A DNA stretch of 64,000 nucleotides. Source: an uncultured archaeon (GTDB lineage: Archaea; Thermoplasmatota; Penumbrarchaeia; JASLWR01). Both the position numbers and the translations under genes were made by a program. Of this stretch, positions 9,045 through 19,218 are shown piece after piece (the first letter of the stretch is position 1; each line of letters starts with the position of its first letter). The stretch spans positions 1-64,000 of the forward strand of contig CAYFHS010000007.1 of NCBI GenBank assembly GCA_964342815.1, written 5' to 3'. The notes beneath the pieces are model-generated. The model was not told where the DNA came from. It did no database searches and was given only the letters and a program-made list of their open reading frames with translations.

Positions 9045-9684
9045 TTTCTTTCTGAATATGTCTCTTTGGATTTTGCTTTGAGCTGGTGTTTCTCCCACCC
9101 TTGCAAACCACGTACATTTCCGAACTTTTATTCCTGGAAGCGGGGGGAGAATAGGGTTTTACAAAGGAGAAATGTTTCTTTGCTTCTGATAAAAATAAAT
9201 TGAAATCTTCTCCTTCGAATATCTTCGTGACCATCCTTCCGCCGTTCCGAAGGACCTTCTTTGCGAATTCGAGAGTGCATATGGCTAGTTCATATGACCT
9301 TGCCTGGTCAAGTGAATAGATCCCCGATATGTTGGGTGACATGTCAGATATAACGACATCGACATGGGATATTTCACCAATTACCTTTTCCACCACCATA
9401 GGGGATAACATATCCCCCCTGATGAACACGGCTCCCTCAATGGGAGAGATGTAATCCAGATCTATACCCACAACCTTCCCGTTTTCCCCAACCAGTTCCA
9501 GGGATACCTGGCTCCATCCGCCCGGAGCCGCACCAAGATCCACCACAGTATTTCCTGTCGAAATTATTGAAAATCTCTTATTGATCTGTTTCAATTTATA
9601 TGCCGAGCGGGAGCGGTAGCCCCGTTTTTTCGCACTTTTGTAATAATGCTCCCTTTTATGTTCCTGATACCATCTCTTTGACAT
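9016..9684 (-). CDS. rlmE: 23S rRNA (U2552 2'-O)-methyltransferase RlmE/FtsJ
   Basis: 'GYRSRSAYKL', 'VVDLGAAPGGWSQ', 'DVVISDMSPN', 'KP..SR..SSEMY'. Confidence 0.95.
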   Translation of the reverse strand: MSKRWYQEHKREHYYKSAKKRGYRSRSAYKLKQINKRFSIISTGNTVVDLGAAPGGWSQVSLELVGENGKVVGIDLDYISPIEGAVFIRGDMLSPMVVEKVIGEISHVDVVISDMSPNISGIYSLDQARSYELAICTLEFAKKVLRNGGRMVTKIFEGEDFNLFLSEAKKHFSFVKPYSPPASRNKSSEMYVVCKGGRNTSSKQNPKRHIQKEITAASPPRQ

Positions 9685-9748
9685 GAAGGGTGTTCTCCGT
9701 ATTATGTTGGCATAATCGTCAAATTATGAATTGCAAGATCGATTTCAA

Positions 9749-10957
9749 CTAAAGATAACGCATTTTGATGCAATCGCCAATGGGACATACCGTTCTGCAG
9801 AGGCGGCAGCCCACACATTTTTCCTCGTCCACAAGGGCCACCCTCGAGTCCGTGTCGAAATCGATGGCTTGATGGCCCCCGTCGCGGCATGCCACGTGAC
9901 ACAATCCGCATCCCACGCATTTATCCTCGTCCACATGCGCCTTGACCAGAGGATTTCGTTTCAATTCGTCATGGGAAGCAATATGGAGAAGGGATCTTCC
10001 GATCAGCTGCATGGGGGAGTCCAGATCATGGCTCTCGAGGTAATTGGAAAGACCCACCACCAGGTCATCGATTATCCCGTAACCGTAGTGCATAACAGCC
10101 GTGCAGAGCTGGACGTTGCCGGCGCCCACCAGCATTAGCTCTACAGCATCCTTCCAGTTCGTTACACCCCCGGTTCCGGTAATGGGGATATCCACGTTCT
10201 TCTTGATCTCCGCTATGGTTCGCAGGGTAATGGGTTTAATGAGCGAACCAGATAGGCCGCTGTATGTGGATTTCCCTCTTACATTTGGATAGGGGACGAA
10301 TGTATCGAGATCGATCCCCATCAGTGAAGGGATAGTATTGGAGGCACATACTGCGTCGGCGCCGCCTTCCTTTATCTTCTGCACGATCTCGGAAATAAAG
10401 GCCACCTGAGGTGTGATCTTTATTACCACGGGTACCCGTTTAGCTGCGGATTTAACCCAGCCGGCTACCTTTTTTGAAGCATCCCCGTCTTGACCGAGCA
10501 TTGCTCCTGCTCTCTCACCCATGGACCCCTGGGGGCATGAGAACGAGCATTCGATCATATCCACCCCGGCATTCTCCAGCCTCACCACCAGTTCCTGCCA
10601 TTCCTCCTTCCGGGAGCCCATTATGGAAGCCATCACAACCTTTTCGGGAAATTCTTCCTTAAGCAACCGCACGCGTTCTTCAACCACTTCGATCCCGTAA
10701 TGCGATATCAAATCGATATTTCCCAGCCCGCTGATCCTGCGGTCCTTCATATTAACTGAAGACATCATGGGATAGACGAGATCGACATCCAGACCCTCCA
10801 CGTGGGTGGTTTTGAGAACTGCGCCGGCCCACCCCATGCTGAACGCTCTTCTCACCATGTCCAGCTCGTCTGTGGGAGGAGCGGCCGCCAGTACGAAGGG
10901 GTTCTGGAAGCGCACCCCACACAGCTCAACTGAGAGATCTCCGTACTGGTACATCAT
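9749..10957 (-). CDS. preA: NAD-dependent dihydropyrimidine dehydrogenase subunit PreA (DHODH-like domain plus 2x[4Fe-4S])
   Basis: 'NPFVLAAAPPT', 'SCPQG', 'PVVIKITP', 'GLSG..IKPI', C-terminal CVGCGLC and CVGCRLC..VCP. Confidence 0.9.
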   Translation of the reverse strand: MMYQYGDLSVELCGVRFQNPFVLAAAPPTDELDMVRRAFSMGWAGAVLKTTHVEGLDVDLVYPMMSSVNMKDRRISGLGNIDLISHYGIEVVEERVRLLKEEFPEKVVMASIMGSRKEEWQELVVRLENAGVDMIECSFSCPQGSMGERAGAMLGQDGDASKKVAGWVKSAAKRVPVVIKITPQVAFISEIVQKIKEGGADAVCASNTIPSLMGIDLDTFVPYPNVRGKSTYSGLSGSLIKPITLRTIAEIKKNVDIPITGTGGVTNWKDAVELMLVGAGNVQLCTAVMHYGYGIIDDLVVGLSNYLESHDLDSPMQLIGRSLLHIASHDELKRNPLVKAHVDEDKCVGCGLCHVACRDGGHQAIDFDTDSRVALVDEEKCVGCRLCRTVCPIGDCIKMRYL

Positions 10958-12294
10958 GCATCACCTCGCAGGTATGACGAGATTTTTAGCGCTGCCTTCT
11001 TACCCTCGGCCACAGCCCGGACGACCATGTTGTCCATGTTTATTGAATCACCTCCGGCAAATACCCCTCCCCGGCTTGTCATCATGTTCTCGTCTACCTC
11101 GATCCGGCCGTTTCGACCCACATTTATCTGGTTCATGCTGCAGAAATCAGTATCCAGTTTTGAGCCGATGGCCCACACCAGATAATCCAGTTCCAGGTTG
11201 TAATAGGCACCCTCAACCGGAAGGGGTCTTCTTCTTCCGGATTGGTCAACTGCTCCGAGCTCCATTACCTGGCAGTTGGCAGTGCGTATTCCACCGGTCC
11301 GGTGAACGAATTCAGTTACCGTGGTGAGAAGCTTGATATCGATACCTTCGTTTATGGCTGCGTTGATCTCCTCCTGCTCCGCAGGCATTTCTTGAAAGGT
11401 TCTCCTGTAAAGGATGACTGACTCTCCCCCCAAACGTTTGGCTGTACGGGCCACGTCGAATGCTACGTCCCCCCCACCGATTATACCTATCTTCTTACCC
11501 GTCATATCGGGAAGTATTTTTCTTTCGGCCCGGCTGAGAAATAGGTTGGAACTAAAAATATATTCGGCAGAACCTTCTATTTTATACTGCATATCTTCCG
11601 GGAGGCCAATACCCAGAAATATCGCGTTATAATCCTGTTTGAGATCGTCCAGGAATACGATATCTTTGCCGAATGCAAGCTGAATACCGGTAGAAATTGC
11701 ATAGTCAGCCTCGCTTTTTACAATGTCTCTTGGCATTCTGAAGGGCGGAATTCCCCACGAAGGAATTCCTCCGGTATTATCACTCCGCTCAAATATCGTA
11801 ACACCGAATCCCATTTTTCTCAGCTCATAAGCACAGCTCAGCCCTGCAGGTCCGCCTCCCACTACAGCTATCCGTTCACTCCGTTCTTCAGGGATCGTTA
11901 TTGTTTTTTTCCAGTTTTCTTCTTCCCAGTCAGTTGCGAAACGCTGGAGCATGTGGATATTTACGGTACAATCCATCTTTTTTCTGGTGCAATTCATCTC
12001 GCATAACCTGTCCACAGGGCAAACCCTTGCGCATATTCCTCCCAGCAGGTTTGCCTCCTTGATCTTCTGTGCTGCACCGGCAAAATCACCTTCCTTGATC
12101 CGTCGGATGAAAACGGGGATATCAATACGGGCCGGACATCCATCACGGCAGGGGGGTTCATAACACTGAAGACACTTGGAAGCTTCCAGTAATGCGGAAT
12201 CGAGACCCAATCCCGGTGTTACTTCTTTAAAATGTTCATGGTGGGTTCCATCATCTCGTAATTCGATACTCTGTTCATCCAATAATGACATCAT
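10954..12294 (-). CDS. preT: Dihydropyrimidine dehydrogenase subunit PreT (GltD-like flavoprotein)
   Basis: 'EASKCLQCYEPPC..GCP', 'CARVCP..LCE', 'VGGGPAGLSCA', 'IGGGDVAFD'; overlaps the preA start. Confidence 0.85.
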   Translation of the reverse strand: MMSLLDEQSIELRDDGTHHEHFKEVTPGLGLDSALLEASKCLQCYEPPCRDGCPARIDIPVFIRRIKEGDFAGAAQKIKEANLLGGICARVCPVDRLCEMNCTRKKMDCTVNIHMLQRFATDWEEENWKKTITIPEERSERIAVVGGGPAGLSCAYELRKMGFGVTIFERSDNTGGIPSWGIPPFRMPRDIVKSEADYAISTGIQLAFGKDIVFLDDLKQDYNAIFLGIGLPEDMQYKIEGSAEYIFSSNLFLSRAERKILPDMTGKKIGIIGGGDVAFDVARTAKRLGGESVILYRRTFQEMPAEQEEINAAINEGIDIKLLTTVTEFVHRTGGIRTANCQVMELGAVDQSGRRRPLPVEGAYYNLELDYLVWAIGSKLDTDFCSMNQINVGRNGRIEVDENMMTSRGGVFAGGDSINMDNMVVRAVAEGKKAALKISSYLRGDA

Positions 12295-12470
12295 TACACC
12301 AAGCCCGATACAGAATCCAACCACATTTATATTTTTTCCACCTATTTAATTTAATGGAATAAGCCCGATCTAATTCATTGGCAAACTGTTCTCACCAATC
12401 CCGTTACTGGCAAACTTGATAATTAAGAAAGTTATTTCTATATGTCCCGCCTTTATCACGTCGTGGGAAA

Positions 12471-13523
12471 ATGACTTTGGATATCCGATCACAGATAGAA
12501 CTTGTATTGAACAATACCGTTGAGGTTGTTACCAAGGGAAAACTGGAAAAACTTTTATCTGATAAAGAAAAAAAGACCGCTTACGTGGGTTTCGAACCCT
12601 CCGGAAAAGTTCACATAGGGTGGCTTATTTTTGCCCGGAAAATCATCGATCTGAACCGCTGTGGATTTTCCGTAATAATCTATCTTGCGGACTGGCATGC
12701 ATACATAAACGACAAGTTGGGTGGAGACATCGAAAGGATCCGAAAATGTGGAAAATACATGGAAGATTGCTTCATTGCCCTTGGAGTGGATCCTGAATTG
12801 AATAATTTCGTTTATGCCAGTGAACTTCTTGATGAGCTTTCCTACTGGGAAAAGGTATTCAAGGTCGCAAAGAGATCGTCAATGGCCAGGCTCAAGAGAG
12901 CAATGACCATAATGGGCCGTACCGGTGATGAGACGGAGGTTGACTCGTCCAAGTTCTTCTATCCTGTAATGCAGGTTACCGATATCTTTCAGCTGGATGT
13001 GGACCTGGCATTGGGAGGTTTGGATCAGAGGAGGGCCCACATGCTCGCACTGGACGTGGCTGAAAAATTGCGTTGGAAGAAACCGGTGGCCCTTCACACC
13101 CCCATAATTGCCGGGCTCGATTCAAAGGGAAGAATGGATATTGCCGAAGAAAAAATGTCCAAATCCAATCCCGACAGCTGTATATTCATACATGATGATA
13201 TGGAAACCATAAAGAGAAAGATAAAGAAAGCCTACTGCCCTCAGGGTGAAGTGGAGGGGAATCCCATCATCGATCTGGTATCATTTATCATTTTTCCGAG
13301 ATTGGGCGAACTGATAATACTCCGACCGGAAAAATGGGGTGGGAACATGCATTTCTCGTCCCTTGGAGACCTTGTGGAGAGCTATGAGAGCGGACAGGTA
13401 CATCCAATGGATCTGAAAACTGCCGTGGCCGATGCTCTTTCCGAGATTCTAAAACCCGTCCAGGAAAAACTGACGAAAATATACGGTTCTCTGGAAGATA
13501 TGGATAAAATGGATTTTAAATAA
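12471..13523 (+). CDS. tyrS: Tyrosine--tRNA ligase (archaeal type)
   Basis: 'YVGFEPSGKVHIG', 'YPVMQVTD', 'GGLDQRRAH', KMSKS. Confidence 0.97.
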   Translation: MTLDIRSQIELVLNNTVEVVTKGKLEKLLSDKEKKTAYVGFEPSGKVHIGWLIFARKIIDLNRCGFSVIIYLADWHAYINDKLGGDIERIRKCGKYMEDCFIALGVDPELNNFVYASELLDELSYWEKVFKVAKRSSMARLKRAMTIMGRTGDETEVDSSKFFYPVMQVTDIFQLDVDLALGGLDQRRAHMLALDVAEKLRWKKPVALHTPIIAGLDSKGRMDIAEEKMSKSNPDSCIFIHDDMETIKRKIKKAYCPQGEVEGNPIIDLVSFIIFPRLGELIILRPEKWGGNMHFSSLGDLVESYESGQVHPMDLKTAVADALSEILKPVQEKLTKIYGSLEDMDKMDFK

Positions 13524-13574
13524 TTTAGTCAGACCCAAAAACGGAATAATACTATGATGGATTAATTGGACCGA

Positions 13575-14801
13575 CTATATCTCCATCATTTCATTTGTAT
13601 CCGCAAGAATAAAATTGAATTCGTCTTTGAGGTCTTCGAAAAGAGCTTCCCGTTCCTCACTGTGAAACAATATAACATTTTCCGGATCACAGTCACGGAT
13701 GAATTCCACCAGTTCGCTGTGACCGCTGTGGGCTGAAAAATCAAAGAATCCTATTTCCGCATTTATTTTCTGTTCCGCGCCTGCCAGGTTCAAGGTTCCC
13801 TTGTCAAGCAGACGCCTTCCGTTGGTACCTTCCACCTGGTACCCCGTCAGCAGGATGGCGTTTTTGGGGTCGTCCTTAATATGGTTGACGTACTGAAGTA
13901 CGGGTCCCCCATCCATCATTCCGCTGGTTGTTATGATGACATCTCCTTTCAATGCTCTTTTCCGGTCATTGGGATTGTAGGTAAGAGAGACCTGCTGAAG
14001 GGCTTGCCGAAGACCTACTGGGGATTGTAGATAGGCCGGATGCCTCAAAAATATCTGAATTATGGATTTTCCCATGCCATCGACCCAGATGTCGAATCCC
14101 TGGTCCTTGAGGATCATCATCAACTCCTGCGTCCTTCCCACTGCAAAGGCGGGAAGCACAACTTTGCCACCCCTGTTCACGATCTCGTTTATCTTCTCGA
14201 TGAATTCCTTTTCCTGTTCCTTTCTGGGTTTATGTTCCCTTCCGGCGTAAGTGGCTTCAACTATTAGGTTATCGCACTTGACCGGTTTTGCACCCTTCAA
14301 CAAACGGCTGTCGCGTGTGTTCAGATCTCCTGTGAAAAGTGTTCTTTTTTCACCCTGGACAAAAGTCATCATGGAGCCGGGAATATGGCCTGCCGATTGA
14401 AAATTTATGCTAAGATCATTCATTCCCTTAATGTCCTCGAAAGAAATAAGCTCGAAGTTATTCCTCGCGCTTCTCAGGTCGTCCCAGGAGAACATCTGGG
14501 GATATCCCTCAAGATTGCATATCTTGTGAGAATCCTTCCAAAGTATCTCGGAAATATCCAAGGTGGGCGGTGTGGATAGAACGGGGGTTCCTATGCGGGA
14601 GCTCAACTGCGGAATGAGGCCCGAGTGATCGATATGGGCATGCGATAGAAAGACGACATCAGTGGGAGGGGCCTTTAATGGAAGGCGCGGTGGAGAAGAA
14701 GGAGTGAAACCGTAATCGAATAAAAACCGTTTTCCATCATCTTCCATATACATGCTCAGAGAACCGACTTCTGTTGCGCCACCGAGAAACCTGAACCTCA
14801 T
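13575..14801 (-). CDS. MBL-fold beta-CASP ribonuclease
   Basis: 'SHAHIDHSG', 'AGHIPGS', 'FTGD', 'P.FAVGRTQE', 'FSAH'. Confidence 0.92.
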   Translation of the reverse strand: MRFRFLGGATEVGSLSMYMEDDGKRFLFDYGFTPSSPPRLPLKAPPTDVVFLSHAHIDHSGLIPQLSSRIGTPVLSTPPTLDISEILWKDSHKICNLEGYPQMFSWDDLRSARNNFELISFEDIKGMNDLSINFQSAGHIPGSMMTFVQGEKRTLFTGDLNTRDSRLLKGAKPVKCDNLIVEATYAGREHKPRKEQEKEFIEKINEIVNRGGKVVLPAFAVGRTQELMMILKDQGFDIWVDGMGKSIIQIFLRHPAYLQSPVGLRQALQQVSLTYNPNDRKRALKGDVIITTSGMMDGGPVLQYVNHIKDDPKNAILLTGYQVEGTNGRRLLDKGTLNLAGAEQKINAEIGFFDFSAHSGHSELVEFIRDCDPENVILFHSEEREALFEDLKDEFNFILADTNEMMEI

Positions 14802-15036
14802 TAATCTACCCCGGGAGGTGTAATATTGTCATAGTATATAGTTATAATTACAACACATGAAATTAGTAAAAATTTTTTTATTTAGAATAAAATCCAGAGA
14901 TTTTTGTCGCGCTTTTCAAACTGCAAACTCGTATGATGGTCAAGTCAGGTGGTGGCAAATCCGGCCAGATATGTCGGATAATGAAGTTCATTTTAATGGA
15001 AAAGTATTACTATATTATCAACATTATTAAGGCATT

Positions 15037-16152
15037 ATGGATTCCACGGGTGAAGGAAAATGGTACACCAGATATAAGGATTCTGTTCAAGCGGTGGGTG
15101 CATTATTGATCCTGCTGATCCTGGTGTATCTCTCGGGAACAATGGAATATATCGTTCTTTTCGCCCTAATACTGTTCTTCTCCATTGCACTAATAATAAA
15201 ATCAGCGGATGTTTTTCTCGAAGGCGCCACCAGCCTAGCAAAGATACTGGGACTTTCCGAATTCCTTATCGGCCTCACGCTGGTGTCCATTGGTACCTCT
15301 ATCCCGGAGATCGCTTCAACGGGCATGGCTTCCTTCGAGCATCATGCAGACCTGGCTATTGGCAATATATATGGTTCGGTGCTGGTACAGATCACTTTCA
15401 TCATGGGTATCGTTGTATTGTTCTGTCCAGTAAAGATTGAAAAGGCAGTAATAATGAGGGACGGTCTCTGCATGCTGGGAGCAGTGGCTATGCTCACCAT
15501 TTTCGTATGGCCGGACAAAAAGCTAATTCTGTGGGAAGCAGTGGTTTTGATCTCACTGTATATAATTTATATTACATTCCTCGTGTACTATTACGTCGTA
15601 CGGAAAAAACAGCCCCCGGATGGCCCGGATGAGATTTCCCCGGACGAAGGATCGAAGGGGAAAAAGGTACTGAAATCATTGTTTTTTCTGGGTTTTGGCC
15701 TTGCCCTGGTGGTATACGGTGCTGCTAAAATGGTTGACAGCTCAGCGCAAATTGCTCTATATTTCAATGTGGATGAAAGCGTAATCGGGACGGCGATAAC
15801 AGCCTTTGGGACCTCGGTACCGGAACTGGTTGTGGCTGCAGTGGCTATAAAGAAAGCAAAGGGTCTGGCCCTGGGGACGCTCATCGGTTCCAACATAACA
15901 GATCCGCTTCTATCCATAGGCATAGCCGGTGTGATAAACCCCATAGAGATCAGCGAAGTCATCACAGTCTTCCATTATCTCATTCCCATGACCATCATCG
16001 CATGCGTGATGGTTCTCTGGTTCATGCGCACGAATTTCAAACTTACCCGGTTCGAGGGCAGCACACTTGTGATTCTGTATTTGATTACCATCGTGGGCCT
16101 CTTTTTAGGATGGGATATCATCGATTTCGTGAAGGGTACTCTGGGAATATAG
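15037..16152 (+). CDS. Ca2+/Na+ antiporter (YrbG / Na_Ca_ex family)
   Basis: Two alpha-repeats 'GTSIPE' and 'GTSVPE', 'GN(I)YGS' and 'GSNI'; multiple TM segments. Confidence 0.93.
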   Translation: MDSTGEGKWYTRYKDSVQAVGALLILLILVYLSGTMEYIVLFALILFFSIALIIKSADVFLEGATSLAKILGLSEFLIGLTLVSIGTSIPEIASTGMASFEHHADLAIGNIYGSVLVQITFIMGIVVLFCPVKIEKAVIMRDGLCMLGAVAMLTIFVWPDKKLILWEAVVLISLYIIYITFLVYYYVVRKKQPPDGPDEISPDEGSKGKKVLKSLFFLGFGLALVVYGAAKMVDSSAQIALYFNVDESVIGTAITAFGTSVPELVVAAVAIKKAKGLALGTLIGSNITDPLLSIGIAGVINPIEISEVITVFHYLIPMTIIACVMVLWFMRTNFKLTRFEGSTLVILYLITIVGLFLGWDIIDFVKGTLGI

Positions 16153-16343
16153 AAAGATTTGTTATAAAATGAAAAAAAAACTAAACAAATTTATTAAACG
16201 ATGATGAAATACACCCACCCATTATTAATCATTATTTCCAGCTGGACCGAGTAACTTTTTAACTGGTTAAGGCAAATGCCGGGATGATTCGATTGTGATG
16301 TTATAGTGCATCTATGAGGGACTAATTCTAACAGGGTGACACC

Positions 16344-16889
16344 ATGATCTCCGGGACGAAAATTGGACTTACCGGCCTACCAGGAATTGGGAAAACCAAG
16401 GTATTGATAAAAGTCTGCAAAATGCTCGAAAAGGAGATAAAAACTGTTGGTGGGATGATAACCACACAGATCGTGGAAGATGATGTTGTTGTTGGTTGGA
16501 AATGCATGGATTGGGCATCGGGGGAGGAAGGTGTCTTTGCTCATAGGGATTTTGAAAGCGACACTGTCGTTGAAGAGATGGGTCTGAATCTCGAAGTAAT
16601 CGAAGAGATAGGTGTTGGGGCATTGCAGTGGGCATATGAGAATGCAGATATTATCGTAATTGACGAGGTGGGGAAGAAAGAGGTGGAGTCTCCGATGTTT
16701 GTCCAGGCGGTCCAAGCCTGTATGGAGGCGGAAAAACCTCTTATGGTGACCCTTCACAAGAAAAGCAGGAATCCGCTCCTGCAGGAGATAAGGAGAAGGG
16801 ACGACATCCGAATTCTGGAAGTAACCTACGTCAACCGCAACCTGCTGCCGTACAAAATGATCAAAATACTACGGGGTGAACTGATATAG
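16344..16889 (+). CDS. Nucleoside triphosphatase (THEP1/DUF265 family)
   Basis: Walker A 'GLPGIGKT', 'VIDEVGKKE'. Confidence 0.9.
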   Translation: MISGTKIGLTGLPGIGKTKVLIKVCKMLEKEIKTVGGMITTQIVEDDVVVGWKCMDWASGEEGVFAHRDFESDTVVEEMGLNLEVIEEIGVGALQWAYENADIIVIDEVGKKEVESPMFVQAVQACMEAEKPLMVTLHKKSRNPLLQEIRRRDDIRILEVTYVNRNLLPYKMIKILRGELI

Positions 16890-18088
16890 ATCATACGGGT
16901 CTCGTAAGGCTGCGGGAGGGGAAAGTCGATTTCTGGTCATATGAGAATGATAACGAATCCGGCCCTTCAACAAGAAGCATGGATGTTTTCTACAACCGTG
17001 CCATGGAGATCGATCGGAGCATGACCGTGTTTTTATTACGTTTGTTCCAGAAAACAGGGTTTCTGCCGAAAGAAAAGTTTAATGCACTGGACGGCATGGG
17101 TGCCACCGGTATCAGAGGTCTTCGGATCGCAATGGAAGTACCGGGCTCATCAGTCACTATAAATGACGTCAATCCTCATGCAGCTGACCTCATAGCTGAA
17201 AATATTGAATTGAACGGATCAACCAACATCACAAAAACCCGACAGGACGTTAGAAATGTATTAAGTCAAAATAGATTTGATTATGTTGATATAGATCCAT
17301 TCGGGTCTCCTGCCCCCTACATGGAATACGCCCTGCATTCTCTCGGGCGAAAAGGTATTCTTGCAATTACAGCAACGGACACGGCGACCCTATTTGGCTC
17401 GTACCCGCAGACATGTAAGAGGCGCTATGACAGCATATCTCTGAGGTGTTTTCTCAGCCATGAGATCGGAATAAGAATTCTACTTGGTTATGTCATTCGT
17501 AAAGCTGCTTCGAATGATCTCTGTGCGCAGCCGCTGTTATCATATTCCCATGATCATTATTATCGGGCCTACTTCCTAGTTGAAAAAGGCGCCTTAAAAG
17601 CAGACGTACTCCTCGATGATATAAGATATCTTCTTTATAACCGAAAAGATAACCATTGGTGTTTCGTTGGCCGGGATTGGATACGCTATTATTCGAAGCT
17701 GGAAAATAGTTCAGATGTGGAGTTCGAGATGGCGGGGCCGTTATTTTTCGGAGGGCTTATTCACCCGGTAGTTGGGAAAGGATTACTGGATTGCGACATC
17801 CCAAACTCGCTCTCGGAACGAAAAACCGGAATCGGGAATAAGGCGCTGCGGATCTTGCTGACACTTTCGGGAGAAGCGGAGACTCTACCGCTTTTTTTCT
17901 GTACTCACGAGATGGGCCGCAAGTCTGGTAAAGCGCCGCCACCCATTGAAAAATTACTTCGAACACTTGACGAGCAGGGTATAATCGCTTGTCGAACACA
18001 TTTCTCTCCCACCGCCGTAAAGTTGCATCAAAAACATATAGGGGAAACCAGGGATATTTGCAGGTTCATGGAGACCCTGTTCACTTGA
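16886..18088 (+). CDS. trm1: tRNA (guanine26-N2)-dimethyltransferase Trm1; probable ATA start at 16886 (ORF track starts at ATG 16979)
   Basis: 'VFYN..M..DR', 'DGMGATGIRGLR', 'DIDPFGSP', 'TATDT', 'RTHF'. The upstream in-frame stretch 'REGKVDF...GPS' resembles the Trm1 N-terminus. Confidence 0.92.
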   Translation: MDHTGLVRLREGKVDFWSYENDNESGPSTRSMDVFYNRAMEIDRSMTVFLLRLFQKTGFLPKEKFNALDGMGATGIRGLRIAMEVPGSSVTINDVNPHAADLIAENIELNGSTNITKTRQDVRNVLSQNRFDYVDIDPFGSPAPYMEYALHSLGRKGILAITATDTATLFGSYPQTCKRRYDSISLRCFLSHEIGIRILLGYVIRKAASNDLCAQPLLSYSHDHYYRAYFLVEKGALKADVLLDDIRYLLYNRKDNHWCFVGRDWIRYYSKLENSSDVEFEMAGPLFFGGLIHPVVGKGLLDCDIPNSLSERKTGIGNKALRILLTLSGEAETLPLFFCTHEMGRKSGKAPPPIEKLLRTLDEQGIIACRTHFSPTAVKLHQKHIGETRDICRFMETLFT

Positions 18089-18100
18089 TTACTTAGGTAA

Positions 18101-19204
18101 TTATTTCAGAACCAGTTCCCAGTCATCTATGTCCGTGGTTGCTCCGCACTGGCATTCGATATCCCCGGATATTTCCTGTCCGCATTTCTTGCATCCGTTG
18201 GAAGACAAAGTAACCAGGTTGCGGCATTTGGGGCAGTTTACTATATAATCCTCCGAACCGGGACACCATCCGAACCGCTTTGAGCGGGAACATTTCGGGC
18301 ATTTTCGCCGCTCGACGAGCAAAATTTTCTTACAATCGGGACATTTGATCTTCGTTTTTTGCTCCTTTTCGGCAGATAGAATATTACTGGTAATAGGGAC
18401 TTTTTTTCCAGCCAATGAAAAACGATCCATGAACCGCAGCAATGGACTGTTCCTTCCCTCCGTAAGAGCATCCTTCTGATATACGTAATGAAGTCGGTTC
18501 TCCGGAATCCAGAAAAAGTAGAGCAGAACAACCAGTAAGAGTATCTCGGAGACTATGTACCCCACAAAGGATTTTGTTGAACCCTCAAGCTGATAATCAC
18601 TCCAGTACCAGATAGATATGTTCGATAGGAACAAAATGAATACCAATGAAAGGCTCCATAGCCCAAGGGGAACATAGTGTTCGTCATCACCGATATCCCG
18701 GGGAGTTTTCCGGTTATTTCTTAACTCGACCATCTCGTCGCGCCAATTCGTCACCGTAAAGAGGGTTCTAGCCACCGATAAAAGGCAGATGCCTTCACTG
18801 ATCAATCCCAGCAGTACCCATTTCCACTCCCAGTTTGCATCCGCTCTGACAAAACAGACCACTCCCAGGAATCCAAATAGATATATGAGAGCAACCGGGA
18901 GAAGCAGATGCCAGACGTTTGGGAAGGATTTATAGATGCAGAAGAAGAAAAAAAGACCGAACACGAGCCACAATCCCGTAAAGATGAAAGGATAGAACGT
19001 ACCCTCCACGGCACCCATGATAAGCGATAGTATGAAGAAAACCACCGCACCCACCAGCCATTGGTTCTTCAACTCAGCCAAAAAGGTACCTGTTCTTCTT
19101 TTCAAGACCATCAATATCGTCCGTCGAAAATCCCTGTTAATAAATAAAATTTTTGGTGTATTGTGGAGTTGGACGGGGAATGGACCTCCAAGTCTATCAA
19201 ACAC
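18101..19204 (-). CDS. Multi-pass membrane protein with C-terminal multi-CxxC zinc ribbons; likely start about 19111
   Basis: About 6 TM segments, then CPDC, CPKC, WCP, CPKC, CKKC, CQC. Confidence 0.7.
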   Translation of the reverse strand: MFDRLGGPFPVQLHNTPKILFINRDFRRTILMVLKRRTGTFLAELKNQWLVGAVVFFILSLIMGAVEGTFYPFIFTGLWLVFGLFFFFCIYKSFPNVWHLLLPVALIYLFGFLGVVCFVRADANWEWKWVLLGLISEGICLLSVARTLFTVTNWRDEMVELRNNRKTPRDIGDDEHYVPLGLWSLSLVFILFLSNISIWYWSDYQLEGSTKSFVGYIVSEILLLVVLLYFFWIPENRLHYVYQKDALTEGRNSPLLRFMDRFSLAGKKVPITSNILSAEKEQKTKIKCPDCKKILLVERRKCPKCSRSKRFGWCPGSEDYIVNCPKCRNLVTLSSNGCKKCGQEISGDIECQCGATTDIDDWELVLK

Positions 19205-19218
19205 CTAAATGGTTGAAA

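Noticed and set aside
16201-16260. ATGATGA as a possible C box of a C/D sRNA
   Set aside because: No CTGA D box at a suitable distance.
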